From the IMG/VR virus record IMGVR_UViG_3300023174_000061: DNA of 64,000 nucleotides; one strand, written 5' to 3'. Shown in pieces: positions 1-11,391 of the stretch (positions are counted from its first letter, which is position 1; each line of letters opens with the position of its first letter). The notes beneath the pieces were generated by a model. It searched no databases, was not told the origin of the DNA, and saw nothing but the letters and a program-made list of their open reading frames with translations. Position numbers and translations under genes: made by a program. This DNA comes from a virus.

Positions 1-2
1 AT

Positions 3-1052
3 GGTTATATTTGGAAATATCTTTATACTATCAAACCATCTGAAATTGTAAAATTTGATTCTATTGAATTTATTCCTGTTCCAGAAGATTGGGGAACAGT
101 CGGAGAAAGCATTTCAATTAAAAATAATGCTATTAAAGGAAGAGTTCAAATTTTAACTATATTTAATAGAGGTTCTGGTTATGCTCCAATCTCAAAAACA
201 TTTGCAAATATTCCAATTCTTGGTGATGGTACTGGAGGAAAAGCAACCGTTGTAGTTGATTCTTTTGGAAAAGTTTCGGATGCTTATGTGACTGATGGTG
301 GAACTGGATATACAAACGGAATTATTCAATTTGAACCAGGGGCACCAGGAATTCCAGACGAATTAGTAAATACTGGGACAATTGCTAGTTTTAATATAAT
401 TATTCCACCAAAGGGAGGTCATGGATATGATATTTACAGAGAACTTGGTGCTTATCGAGTTTTAATTTATTCTCGTTATAATACAGATGAGACAAATCCT
501 GATACTATTATTGGAAATGATTTTGCTAGAATTGGAATTATTAAAAATCCAACAAAAATAACAAGTGAGGTTGAAGCATTAGATACTGCAGAAGTAAGTG
601 CTTTAAATGCATTAAAATTGATTGGTGTTGCTACAACGTTAACTACATATGCAGTTGATTCGACAATTACCCAGACAATTAGTACTGGAACTACTGCAAT
701 TGGATTTGTTGCCTCTTGGAACAATGTAACAGGTATTTTGAAGTATTATCAACCAGTTGGGCTAGCGACAGTTGGTGTTGGATATAAAATTAATAACTTT
801 AGTTCTACTGGTTCATCTTTAATAATAAATGGTTCTGCTTCTGGAACACCATTGAGTATTGATACTTCTTTTACTGGTATTAGTACAGTAATAAATAATA
901 AGACATATCAACTGGGAAGCAACTTTGTTGCTGGTATTGCATCTGCAGAATACAATAAAAAATCTGGTGAAATCATTTATATTGACAACAGACCACCAAT
1001 ACCAAGATCAGCAAGTCAAAAAGAAGATATTAAAATCGTTTTGGAGTTCTAA
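3..1052 (+). CDS. gp8: Baseplate wedge subunit gp8 (5'-truncated by window edge)
   Basis: Frame is open from nt 3 (GYIWKYLYTIKPSEIVKF, the gp8 WKY motif). C-terminus SGEIIYIDNRPPIPRSASQKEDIKIVLEF is typical of T4-like gp8. The ORF-track start at 288 is internal. Confidence 0.85.
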   Translation, partial: GYIWKYLYTIKPSEIVKFDSIEFIPVPEDWGTVGESISIKNNAIKGRVQILTIFNRGSGYAPISKTFANIPILGDGTGGKATVVVDSFGKVSDAYVTDGGTGYTNGIIQFEPGAPGIPDELVNTGTIASFNIIIPPKGGHGYDIYRELGAYRVLIYSRYNTDETNPDTIIGNDFARIGIIKNPTKITSEVEALDTAEVSALNALKLIGVATTLTTYAVDSTITQTISTGTTAIGFVASWNNVTGILKYYQPVGLATVGVGYKINNFSSTGSSLIINGSASGTPLSIDTSFTGISTVINNKTYQLGSNFVAGIASAEYNKKSGEIIYIDNRPPIPRSASQKEDIKIVLEF

Positions 1053-1058
1053 AGAAAA

Positions 1059-4000
1059 ATGCCACAGAATACCAATTTAAACGTATCTCCATACTTTGAT
1101 GACTTTGATGAAACAAAGGGTTATCAAAGAGTTTTATTCAAACCAGGAACTCCAATTCAAGCAAGAGAATTAACATCTCTTCAATCAATTTTACAAAATC
1201 AAGTTGAAAAGTTTGGAAAACACTTCTTCAAAGAAGGTTCTATGGTCATTCCAGGTCAAATTGGATATGATTCAGAATATAGTTATGTGCAAATTGATGA
1301 TACACATTTGGGAATTAAAGTATCAACATACATTGATAAGTTTGTAGGTAAAAGTATAAAGGGGGAAACAAGTGGTGTTACTGCGGTAGTAGAGAATTAT
1401 ATTACAAATACAGAATCAGAAAAAAATAATTATACATTATATGTAAAGTATAAGAGTTCTAGTGATACAAATTTTACAAGTAAAACTTTTGTTGACGGTG
1501 AAAATCTAATTTCATTAGAAGATATAGATTATACCCTATCTTCAATTAGAGCAAATACATCTTTTGCAACTTCTATTATTTCTGGTTCTGTTGGTAAAGG
1601 GTCAGCAGCAAAAATTGAAGAAGGTGTATATTTTGTTCGTGGATTCTTTATTACTGTTCCCAAGCAAGTAGCAATTTTAGATCAATATACAAATACTCCA
1701 ACTTATCGTGTTGGTCTTTTGATTGATGAAGAAATTGCAGTAGCATCAAATAATTATAATGATTTGTTTGATAATGCTCAAGGATTTTCAAATTATGCTG
1801 CTCCAGGTGCTGATAGATTAAAAATCTCTACAACTTTAATCAAAAAAGAAATTGATGATTTTAATGATCAAGATTTCGTAGAATTATTGCGAGTAGAAAA
1901 TGGTGGATTAACCAAATTTGTAGATAAAACTGATTACAATTTAATCAGAGATGAATTAGCAAGAAGAACTTATGATGAATCTGGTGATTATTATGTAAGA
2001 CCTTTTGATATTAATGTAAAGGAATCGTTAAATGATAGAATTGGAAATAATGGAATTTATTACTCAAGTCAAAAAACCAATCAAGGAAATACTCCATCAA
2101 AAGATCTTGCTTGTATTTCAATAAGTCCAGGAAAAGCTTATGTTCGTGGATATGAGATTGAAACAATTAGTAATACTATTGTAGATATAGAAAAACCAAG
2201 AACAACAGAACGAGCAGAAAATACATCAATTCCATTTAATGTTGGAAGACAAATATTATTAAATAATGTCTTTGGTTCTATTGCAGTCGGATTAACAACA
2301 CAAGTAAGTCTTTATAGTGATAGAACATCAACCGTTGGTGTTTCTTCTGGAACAAAAATCGGAGTTGCTAGACTTTACGACTTAAAATTAAAAAATGCAG
2401 CATATTCAAATGCTTCAACTCAATTTGAAAGTTCTTTTTATGATATTCAAACTTATACAACATTAACAATCAATACTGCTTTAACACAAACTGCTCCAGC
2501 ATATATTGAAGGAAAAAATAGTGGTGCTAAAGGTTATTTGGTTAGTGATGCATCATCATCTACGACTTTAACATTATATCAAGTTTCTGGTTCATTTATA
2601 ACAAACGAGCAAATTAAAATTAATGGTTTAGATATTTCTCGTACAATCACATCATTAAAAGATTATTCTTTATCTGATGTACATCAGATATATTCTTCTG
2701 GATTTACTGCTGATCCAATTTTATCAAAAAATCTATCAGTTGCAGAACCAGGAACTCAATTTACTATTACATCTGGTGGAACAGTAACAACTTCCAATCA
2801 AAACTTTTATGTGGGAATTAATGTAGGAGATATTGTATCATACACAAAACAAGGGGAAAGTGTACCTACTTATAACAAAGTTTCTGTTGTTAGTGGATCT
2901 TCAAAATCTTTAACTATTGTAGCAACGACTTCTGTTTCTGGTATTTGCTCTGGTGCTCTTCCAGGTTCAACAATTACTGTAAATGACTTCAAAGTAGTAT
3001 CTTTGGATGTTTTAAATACAAAAAATGCCTTTTTATATGCACGTTTAAATAACTCAAAAGTTTCAAATCTATATTTAACTGGTTCTGATGTAGTATTCAA
3101 AAAATCTTATACTATTACTGCTGGTGAATTTAGTGATGGTGCCTGGAGTGCGACATTAGAAACAGACACTTCATTAACATTTGAACCATTTGATGAAGAA
3201 GATTATAATTTAACTTTTGCTGATGGAACTATAGCAGTATTAGATAACCAAAAACTAGTTCCAAATGGAAGAACTATATCTATTCAAAATATTACTGTAA
3301 ATTCAGGTGCAGCAATATTAACTGTTACTCTCAAAAAAGTAAACACAAAAACTCGCAAAAAGACATATAATAGATGCTCTAGTTTAATAATTAACAAAAC
3401 TTCTTCTGGTATTTCTACAAATACAAGTGGTTTGACTGTTAGTAACATTTACGGTTTAAGAGTTGAAGATGATGAGATTTCATTAAATGTTCCAGATGTA
3501 GAGTCAGTTATTGGAATTTTTGAATCATCTTCATCTTCAACTCCAACATTACCATCAATTACATTAATTGGATTGAATTCAAATATTTTAAATTCAATTA
3601 AAGGTGAAAGAATAGTTGGTAAAGATACTGGAGCAGTTGCAAGTTTAGTATCAAATGATGGAACAAATACAGTAAAATTTGTTTATTTGAATGAAAATAG
3701 TTTTTCTATTGGTGAAACTGTTACTTTTGAAGAATCTCAAATTTCTGGAATTGTAGATTCAGTTGAAGTTGGTGATAAAAATATTAGAACTAACTTTATT
3801 TTGGATGAAGGACAAAGATCAGAATATCTTGATTTTTCAAGAATTGTAAGAAAATCACAAATTGTTGCACCAACAAAGCAGATTACAATTATTTACAATA
3901 ATTATACAATAGATTCATCCGATACTGGTGATTTTGTTGGAGTAAATTCCTATGATAAAGATAGGTATGGAGATGATATATCATCTGTTGATGGAATATC

Positions 4001-7000
4001 TTTAAGTGATGTTATTGATTTGAGACCAAGAGTTTCTCCATATTCTGGTACAAAATCACCATTTGAGTACGAATCAAGATTGTTTAATGGACAAAATTCC
4101 ACACAAAGTATTTTTGCACAACAAAAAGCAATAAACTTGTCTTATGATTATTATCTACCAAGAATTGATAGGTTATTTTTAACAAAAGAAGGATCATTTA
4201 TTGTAAACAAAGGTGTTCCATCACTTCAACCCAAACTTCCAAATAGTTTGGACTCTTGTTTAGAAGTAGCAACAATTCGTTTACCTGCATATTTAAATAG
4301 ATCAGAAAATGCATCAACATCTTTAGTTCAACATAAACGATATACTATGAAAGACATTTCCAGATTGGAAAATAGACTTTCAAATGTTGAGTACTACACG
4401 TCATTATCTTTATTGGAAACTGATACACAGAATTTAACAATAAGAGATACTACAACAAAATTAGATAGATTTAAATGTGGTTTTTTTGTTGATAATTTTA
4501 GATCATATAATGGTGGAGAAATAAACAATCGAGATTATAAATCAAGTATTGATACTATTAATGGGATATTAAGACCAACCCATTATACAACTTCTATAGA
4601 TTTACTTTTGGGATCTGAGGCAGTTATTGGAATTGGTCAAACATCAAATCCAGATGCTGATTTACGTTTTGTTAATGATTTAGGTTCTCCAAATATAAAA
4701 AGAGTTGGAGATGTTGTGTGTTTAAATTATTCCGACGTTGAATATGTAAAAAATCAATTTGCCACAAGAAGTGAAAATGTAAATCCATTCAATGTAATCA
4801 ATTGGATTGGATCAATTGAATTAAATCCATCAAGTGATACTTGGATTGATACAAGAAAATCTGAAAGAACTTATGATATTGAAGGTGGTTATCGTGCAGC
4901 AATGGTACTTGCTAATGCTGATAGCAATACTGGTCTTTCTCCTATCGATTGGGGTGCTTGGGAAACTACTTGGACTGGTTCAAGTGTTTCTAGTTCATCT
5001 TCTGGTCCAGTATTTACTGGAAGTTCCACTGAATCATTTACTATTGATCCTGGTGGTGGACGAAGACAGGTTACTGATGTTTCAGTAACACAAAACAATT
5101 TTGAAACTACAACCACTACTACAGTAAATACAACAACAAATCAATCCAGACAAGGAATTCAAATTGGTGTTAGTGAAAGATTTGATACTACAAATCTTGG
5201 AGATAAAATTATTTCCAGAGAAATTATAAAAACAATGAGATCTAGAAATATTGAAATTATTTCAAAAAGATTAAAACCATCATCAAGAATTTATGCATTT
5301 TTTGATAATGTTGATATGACTTCATATGTTATACCAAAATTAATTGAAATTTCAATGTCTAGTGGAACTTTTGTTGATGGTGAAACAGTAGTTGGAACTT
5401 TGAATTCAAAAAGTATTAGATTTAGACTTGCAAAACAAAATCATAAATATGGTCCATACAATTCACCAACAGAAACATTTTCAATAAATCCATATTTACC
5501 AGATAATTCTTTATCTAGTTTATACTCATCAACAACTACAATATTGAATGTGGATACTGCAAGTTTAGAAATGCAGGCATCATCTGGTTTTTATGGTAGT
5601 ATTGCAAAAAGTATGCAATTGGTTGGGCAAACCAGTGGAGCAATCGCAATCATCTCAGAGACAAGAATGATTGCAGATGAATCTGGAGTTTTCATTGGTT
5701 CTTTGTTTATTCCAGATCCAACAATCCCATCAACTCCATCATTTAGAACTGGAGTAAAAACTTTTGTTTTAACATCAAGTTCAACAAATTCCACAGTAGT
5801 TACTTCAGACGAAACTACAGCAGAAGTTAATTTTTCTTCTGCTGGAACTTTAGATAGTGTTGAAAATTCCACACTTAGGATCAGAAATGCAAATGTTGAA
5901 AGAATTCCACGTACAGATTCTAGAACACTTTTTAGTTCTAGTACATCATCATCTACTTCAAATACTTCTGATACTTCAACATCAGAATCGACTAGATGGG
6001 TAGATCCATTGGCGCAATCTTTTGAAGTTGCTGATACTAATGGAGTTTATATTACAAAATGTGATATTTTCTTTAAAACAAAAGACACCAAGGGAATTCC
6101 AGTAACACTTCAAATCAGAACGATGCAATCTGGTCTTCCAACACAAACATTTTTACCATTTTCAGAAGTAACATTAGATCCAAAAGATGTTAAAACATCC
6201 GAAGATGGTACTGTTGCAACTACATTTTCTTTTCCTTCTCCAGTTTATTTGGAAAAAGTTGGTTCTGGATATTCTATTGTGTTGATTTCTTCTTCCGATT
6301 CATATAATGTATGGATTTCACGAATGGGAGAAGTAGATAAATCAACTGAAAATAAACCAGATTCTCAAAAAATTATTGTTTCCAAACAACCAACTCTTGG
6401 TGCATTATTCAAATCACAAAATGGATCAACTTGGACTGCATCTGATTTAGAAGATTTGAAGTTTACTTTATACAGAGCAGACTTTGTGACTTCACCAGCA
6501 TCATTTAGATTCTATAATCCTGATCTATCTATTGGCAATAACCAAATTGTAACATTGAGAAAAAATCCATTAAATGCATATTCAAATTCAGCATTAATTG
6601 GTTTAGGTAAAAGTCTATCTGTTTCTGAACAAACTTCATTGGTTGTGGGAAATACAATTAGTCAAACAACTAATGCTAATTTTACTTCAAATCTAAAGTC
6701 TCTTGTTGGTGCAGTTGGAATTGGTTCAACATTAACATTATCAAATGTTGGTTCTGGATTTACAAGTGGTTCAATAACATATTCAAATATAAGTTTGATA
6801 TCACTAACAGGATTTGGTAAAAATGCAAAGGTAAACCTTTCAGTTTCTTCTGGTGTAGCAGTTGCTGCAACTATTACTGACGGTGGTTCTGGATATGCTG
6901 CTGGAGACACATTAACCGTAAGTTCTACTAATACAGGTAATCTTGGAAAAAATCTCATCTTAACTATTCCAAATAATGTTGGAATTATTTCAGCAGTCAA

Positions 7001-8495
7001 TTCTATTGTTGTTGATAATATTCAAGGAAAAGTAAATACAATAGGTATATCATCTATTTCAAATAATGGATCCACCATATCAGGAGCAGTAGTAACTAGC
7101 AATACTAATATTTCTGATGGATTGCACTTTAAAGTCAATCATCAAAATCACGGAATGTATTCACCAATCAACCAAGTTACTTTGAGTGGAATTGAATCTG
7201 ATATTGCCCCAGTCAAATTGACTGCTGATTATTCTTCAACCTCTACTAGTGATATTACATTGAATTCAATTGGTACTTTAGCAACCTTTGAAAATATTGC
7301 TGTTAGTCCAAATAATCCAGGTTATATTATTATCGACAATGAAATTATCAAATATACAGGAATCAGTGGGAATACTTTAACTGGTATCAGTGGTGGAAGA
7401 GGAATTGATAATACAGTTGCAACATTACATTTGACAAACGCATCTGTATTCAAATATGAATTTAATGGAGTTTCACTCAGAAGAATCAACAAAACTCACA
7501 AATTTACAGATGTTGATTTAGTAAAATATCCAATTGAACTTGATTCCTATCACATAAAGATAGATCAAGCAAATTCTGGAGCAGATAGAAGCACTGGAAA
7601 TATTAATTCATATTCAGAATTGTTCTTCAAACAATCCAAATCTGGTGGTACATATTCATCAACACCAACTGTTGGATCTTTCAATGGACCAAAGGCAACA
7701 CAAAATATTACATTCAATAGCATTAGACCAAATATACAAACACTATTACCAGAAACAACATCAGTTGGAGCAAAAATTAAAACAATAACTGGAACAAGTG
7801 TAAATGGAACTGAAATTTCATTTGCAGATAGAGGATTTGAAGATATATCTTTAAATTCTACCAATCAACTAAGTGAAACTAGTGCAATTTATTCCAAAGT
7901 AAATGAACTTTCAAATTTAACTACTTTACCAGGAAATAGATCATTTACTATGGAACTTCTATTATCAACAGGTGATAGAAAAGTATCTCCAATGATTGAT
8001 TTACATAGAGTAAATATAATCACAACAATGAATAGAATTAATAATCCTGTTTCTGATTTTGTATTAGAACCAAGAGTTAATCAATTGAGTGGTGATCCAA
8101 ATGCAGCAATTTATGTTTCTAAAATCGTAAAACTACAAAAATCAGCAGATAGTTTAAAAGTTCTATTTGATGCATATAGACACAAATCAAATGACATTAG
8201 AGTTATGTATAGATTGCTTAGAAATGATACTCCAGATTCACAACAATTATATGAATTCTTCCCAGGATATGATAATCTCGATGAGAATGGAAACGTAATC
8301 AATTCTTCAAAAAATAATGGAAGATCTGATAGATTTGTTCAAGCATCAAATACTTTAAATGATTTTGGTAATTATGAATTTACTGGTAAAAATATAACTC
8401 CATTTAATGGATTTCAAATTAAAATTATTATGAGTGGAACAAACCAATCATATGTTCCACTCATCAGAGACCTAAGAGCAATTGCATCAATATGA
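1059..8495 (+). CDS. Large virion structural protein, VrlC/DUF4815-like (2478 aa)
   Basis: N-terminus NLNVSPYFDDF...RVLFKPG.PIQARELT.LQSILQNQ, plus APGADRLK and YTMKDISRLENR motifs. Follows gp8 as in T4-like cyanophages. Confidence 0.8.
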   Translation: MPQNTNLNVSPYFDDFDETKGYQRVLFKPGTPIQARELTSLQSILQNQVEKFGKHFFKEGSMVIPGQIGYDSEYSYVQIDDTHLGIKVSTYIDKFVGKSIKGETSGVTAVVENYITNTESEKNNYTLYVKYKSSSDTNFTSKTFVDGENLISLEDIDYTLSSIRANTSFATSIISGSVGKGSAAKIEEGVYFVRGFFITVPKQVAILDQYTNTPTYRVGLLIDEEIAVASNNYNDLFDNAQGFSNYAAPGADRLKISTTLIKKEIDDFNDQDFVELLRVENGGLTKFVDKTDYNLIRDELARRTYDESGDYYVRPFDINVKESLNDRIGNNGIYYSSQKTNQGNTPSKDLACISISPGKAYVRGYEIETISNTIVDIEKPRTTERAENTSIPFNVGRQILLNNVFGSIAVGLTTQVSLYSDRTSTVGVSSGTKIGVARLYDLKLKNAAYSNASTQFESSFYDIQTYTTLTINTALTQTAPAYIEGKNSGAKGYLVSDASSSTTLTLYQVSGSFITNEQIKINGLDISRTITSLKDYSLSDVHQIYSSGFTADPILSKNLSVAEPGTQFTITSGGTVTTSNQNFYVGINVGDIVSYTKQGESVPTYNKVSVVSGSSKSLTIVATTSVSGICSGALPGSTITVNDFKVVSLDVLNTKNAFLYARLNNSKVSNLYLTGSDVVFKKSYTITAGEFSDGAWSATLETDTSLTFEPFDEEDYNLTFADGTIAVLDNQKLVPNGRTISIQNITVNSGAAILTVTLKKVNTKTRKKTYNRCSSLIINKTSSGISTNTSGLTVSNIYGLRVEDDEISLNVPDVESVIGIFESSSSSTPTLPSITLIGLNSNILNSIKGERIVGKDTGAVASLVSNDGTNTVKFVYLNENSFSIGETVTFEESQISGIVDSVEVGDKNIRTNFILDEGQRSEYLDFSRIVRKSQIVAPTKQITIIYNNYTIDSSDTGDFVGVNSYDKDRYGDDISSVDGISLSDVIDLRPRVSPYSGTKSPFEYESRLFNGQNSTQSIFAQQKAINLSYDYYLPRIDRLFLTKEGSFIVNKGVPSLQPKLPNSLDSCLEVATIRLPAYLNRSENASTSLVQHKRYTMKDISRLENRLSNVEYYTSLSLLETDTQNLTIRDTTTKLDRFKCGFFVDNFRSYNGGEINNRDYKSSIDTINGILRPTHYTTSIDLLLGSEAVIGIGQTSNPDADLRFVNDLGSPNIKRVGDVVCLNYSDVEYVKNQFATRSENVNPFNVINWIGSIELNPSSDTWIDTRKSERTYDIEGGYRAAMVLANADSNTGLSPIDWGAWETTWTGSSVSSSSSGPVFTGSSTESFTIDPGGGRRQVTDVSVTQNNFETTTTTTVNTTTNQSRQGIQIGVSERFDTTNLGDKIISREIIKTMRSRNIEIISKRLKPSSRIYAFFDNVDMTSYVIPKLIEISMSSGTFVDGETVVGTLNSKSIRFRLAKQNHKYGPYNSPTETFSINPYLPDNSLSSLYSSTTTILNVDTASLEMQASSGFYGSIAKSMQLVGQTSGAIAIISETRMIADESGVFIGSLFIPDPTIPSTPSFRTGVKTFVLTSSSTNSTVVTSDETTAEVNFSSAGTLDSVENSTLRIRNANVERIPRTDSRTLFSSSTSSSTSNTSDTSTSESTRWVDPLAQSFEVADTNGVYITKCDIFFKTKDTKGIPVTLQIRTMQSGLPTQTFLPFSEVTLDPKDVKTSEDGTVATTFSFPSPVYLEKVGSGYSIVLISSSDSYNVWISRMGEVDKSTENKPDSQKIIVSKQPTLGALFKSQNGSTWTASDLEDLKFTLYRADFVTSPASFRFYNPDLSIGNNQIVTLRKNPLNAYSNSALIGLGKSLSVSEQTSLVVGNTISQTTNANFTSNLKSLVGAVGIGSTLTLSNVGSGFTSGSITYSNISLISLTGFGKNAKVNLSVSSGVAVAATITDGGSGYAAGDTLTVSSTNTGNLGKNLILTIPNNVGIISAVNSIVVDNIQGKVNTIGISSISNNGSTISGAVVTSNTNISDGLHFKVNHQNHGMYSPINQVTLSGIESDIAPVKLTADYSSTSTSDITLNSIGTLATFENIAVSPNNPGYIIIDNEIIKYTGISGNTLTGISGGRGIDNTVATLHLTNASVFKYEFNGVSLRRINKTHKFTDVDLVKYPIELDSYHIKIDQANSGADRSTGNINSYSELFFKQSKSGGTYSSTPTVGSFNGPKATQNITFNSIRPNIQTLLPETTSVGAKIKTITGTSVNGTEISFADRGFEDISLNSTNQLSETSAIYSKVNELSNLTTLPGNRSFTMELLLSTGDRKVSPMIDLHRVNIITTMNRINNPVSDFVLEPRVNQLSGDPNAAIYVSKIVKLQKSADSLKVLFDAYRHKSNDIRVMYRLLRNDTPDSQQLYEFFPGYDNLDENGNVINSSKNNGRSDRFVQASNTLNDFGNYEFTGKNITPFNGFQIKIIMSGTNQSYVPLIRDLRAIASI

Positions 8496-8692
8496 TACCA
8501 GTAGAAGGGCACAAAGGATTGTATCGTGATGAAAAATCAAATGCAATCGTAAATTGTAATGATTATGAATATCAAGAATATTTGAGAGTTAAAAACTCAA
8601 CATTAGATGAAAAAGGTGAGATTGAAAATTTAAAAACCGAATTGACTGAAATAAAATCGTTACTCGCAAAACTCTTAGAAAACAAATCCTAA
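8492..8692 (+). CDS. Small conserved hypothetical protein (66 aa, C-terminal coiled coil)
   Basis: ATGA overlap with the upstream gene; VEGHKGLYRD..SNAIVN motif. Confidence 0.7.
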   Translation: MIPVEGHKGLYRDEKSNAIVNCNDYEYQEYLRVKNSTLDEKGEIENLKTELTEIKSLLAKLLENKS

Positions 8693-8725
8693 ATATATTA
8701 GGAAAGATTTTATCTAGTTATCATA

Positions 8726-9097
8726 ATGGCAATATATGTATCTAATATAACAATTCCAGGGGGTGCTGATTTTCAGCAAACATTTTATCTTGAAAATATT
8801 AATAACAATATAAAAGTAAGACTTGATTCTATATCAAAAAATCCATTGAATTTAACTGGGTATACTGGATACGCAAAGTTAAAAAAATCATCAGCATCTT
8901 TAAAGACATCAGCAACTTTTGCAGTTTCTTTTCCAAATTTAACAAATGGATCAATTAGATTATCATTGGGTTCAACAGAAACTGCAGCATTAAAACCCGG
9001 AAGATATTGTTATGATGTATTAATAAATAGTGGATCGACAAAAACAAGAGTTTTTGAGGGAAATGCATTAGTTACTGCAGGAATTACAACAATATAA
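8726..9097 (+). CDS. Putative small virion protein (123 aa)
   Basis: Preceded by late-type CTAAATA; LNLTGY...GRYCYDVLI...TRVFEG beta-rich pattern; lies in the structural block. Confidence 0.6.
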   Translation: MAIYVSNITIPGGADFQQTFYLENINNNIKVRLDSISKNPLNLTGYTGYAKLKKSSASLKTSATFAVSFPNLTNGSIRLSLGSTETAALKPGRYCYDVLINSGSTKTRVFEGNALVTAGITTI

Positions 9098-9174
9098 AAT
9101 AAAAGATAAAAAAATATTATTGCAATGCATTACATCATATCATTTACTAAATAATTGGAGTCTTCAATTAAATA

Positions 9175-9990
9175 ATGTCTCAACCATCAAGTCGTCAGGG
9201 ATTAATTGATTACTGTTTGCGAAAACTTGGATATCCTGTTCTAGAAATTAACGTCGATGACGACCAAATTGATGATTTGGTAGATGATGCTATCCAGTTT
9301 TTTAATGAAAGACATTATGATGGTGCGGCAAGAGTATATTTAAAGCACAAACTTCTTCCAGATGAAAAAAATACAGTAAGAACAGATAATACAAGTTCAA
9401 CTGGAAATTCTTCTGTTGGAATAACAACAGTCACTTATCAAGAAACAAATAATTTTATTCAACTTCCAGATACAATTATTGGAGTAAATAACGTATTCAA
9501 ATCAGATGCAAATACCATATCATCTGGTATGTTCAATCTTAAATATCAAATATTTTTGAATGATTTGTATTATTATGGTGCTCTTGATTTGCTAAATTAT
9601 GCAATGGTAAAAACACATTTGGAAGATATTAGTAGATTAATAACTCCAGATGTTCAATTAAGATTTAATAAAAAACAACATAGACTATATTTGGATATAG
9701 ACTGGTCAATGGTAAATGAAAATAGTTATATCATTGTTGATTGTATTCGAATTGTAGATCCATCAGACTTTTCTGCTGTATATAATGATTGGTGGTTAAA
9801 AAGATATTTGACTGCTATCATCAAAAGACAATGGGGACAAAATTTAATTAAATTTAATGGAGTTCAACTTCCTGGTGGAATTACAATGAATGGTGAAAGA
9901 ATACTAAATGATGCTATTAGAGAAATTGAAGAACTTGAGAGAGAACTCAAGACGGAATACGAATTACCTCCAATGGATATGATAGGATAA
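9175..9990 (+). CDS. gp13: Neck protein gp13
   Basis: LIDYCLRKLGYPVLEINVDDDQIDD and WGQNLIKFNGVQLPGGITMNG motifs. Confidence 0.92.
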   Translation: MSQPSSRQGLIDYCLRKLGYPVLEINVDDDQIDDLVDDAIQFFNERHYDGAARVYLKHKLLPDEKNTVRTDNTSSTGNSSVGITTVTYQETNNFIQLPDTIIGVNNVFKSDANTISSGMFNLKYQIFLNDLYYYGALDLLNYAMVKTHLEDISRLITPDVQLRFNKKQHRLYLDIDWSMVNENSYIIVDCIRIVDPSDFSAVYNDWWLKRYLTAIIKRQWGQNLIKFNGVQLPGGITMNGERILNDAIREIEELERELKTEYELPPMDMIG

Positions 9991-11369
9991 TGGCACCACT
10001 AAATCCCTATTTTTTACAAGGTGCTTCAAGTGAACAAAGACTTGTTCAGGACTTAATTAACGAACAATTAAAAATGTATGGGCAAGACGTTGTGTATATG
10101 CCCAGACAGTTGATTAATGAGAAAACAATTATCAAAGAAGTTGTAGTATCAAAATTTGATGATAGTTTTAGAATTGAAGCATATATTTCAAATTTTAATG
10201 GATTTGGAGCACAGGGAGATATTCTATCAAAATTTGGAGTAAAAACAAGTGACGAACTAACTCTTATTATTTCAAAAGAAAGATATGAAAATTTTATATC
10301 TCCATTTCTATTGAATGATCCAGATATTAAAGTTGCAACTAGACCACAAGAAGGAGATTTAATTTATCTTCCATTGGATAATGGTCTTTTTGAAATTAAG
10401 TATGTAGAAGGCAAAGTTCCATTTTATCAGTTAAACAATCTTTATGTTTATGAATTAAGATGTGAAATATTTAGATATGAAGATGAACTTATTGATACTG
10501 GTGTTGATGAAGTTGATAGGTCAGTTCAAGATTTTGGTTATATTCAAACCATCAATATGGTTGCAGATACTGCAACTGGAGCAACTGCAATAGTTTCTAT
10601 TGCTTCTACATTAAACAGATCAGTTCAATATATTGATTTGATTAATGATGGAACTGGTTATCTATCCACACCAACAATTAAAATCACAAAAGCACCAGTG
10701 GGTGGAATAGATGCAACGGCAGTTGCTATTATGACTAGCAAAACAGGAAGAACAGGAGATTCGATTGATAAGATTCTTTTAGTAAATCCTGGTGCTGGTT
10801 ATACACAAATACCATCAGTTACAATTGTAAGTCAATCTGGTTCTGGTGGAATTGCAACTGCTGTTCTTGATTCTAGAACTTTAGGTATTGTAACTATTAC
10901 ATCTGGTGGAAGTCAATATTCCTCTGCTCCTATTGTTTCTATATCTACTGCTCCTTCTGGTGGTGTAAATGCAACAGCAGAAGCAATATTAACATCCTCT
11001 GGAATTGTAACAGCAATTCGTTATACCAATGCTGGTACTGGATATACGGTCACTCCATCAATTACACTCACAAGTCCGATTGGAATTTCTACTGGTGACT
11101 TTGAGTTTAATGAAGTGGTTAGAGGTGTTTCTAGTGGAACCACTGCATATGTAAAAGATTGGGATGCTGATACTAGAATACTTAAAGTTTCAATAGTTGG
11201 TTCCAATTTCGCAACTGGTGAACTTATTGTTGGTGCAGCAGCAACACATAAAGTATATTCAATCAATACATTTGATGAATACGACTCTTATGCGGAAAAT
11301 ATTCAAATTGAAGATGAAGCAGATGGTATTATTGATTTTTCTCAAAAGAATCCCTTTGGTGATTACTAA
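9990..11369 (+). CDS. gp14: Neck protein gp14 with Gly/Ser/Thr-rich repeat extension
   Basis: EQRLVQDLINEQLKMYG, RPQEGDLIYLPL and terminal IIDFSQKNPFG; internal G.GY...P.V/I repeats. Confidence 0.9.
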   Translation: MAPLNPYFLQGASSEQRLVQDLINEQLKMYGQDVVYMPRQLINEKTIIKEVVVSKFDDSFRIEAYISNFNGFGAQGDILSKFGVKTSDELTLIISKERYENFISPFLLNDPDIKVATRPQEGDLIYLPLDNGLFEIKYVEGKVPFYQLNNLYVYELRCEIFRYEDELIDTGVDEVDRSVQDFGYIQTINMVADTATGATAIVSIASTLNRSVQYIDLINDGTGYLSTPTIKITKAPVGGIDATAVAIMTSKTGRTGDSIDKILLVNPGAGYTQIPSVTIVSQSGSGGIATAVLDSRTLGIVTITSGGSQYSSAPIVSISTAPSGGVNATAEAILTSSGIVTAIRYTNAGTGYTVTPSITLTSPIGISTGDFEFNEVVRGVSSGTTAYVKDWDADTRILKVSIVGSNFATGELIVGAAATHKVYSINTFDEYDSYAENIQIEDEADGIIDFSQKNPFGDY

Positions 11370-11391
11370 ATAATTAATAAATTCTATTGTT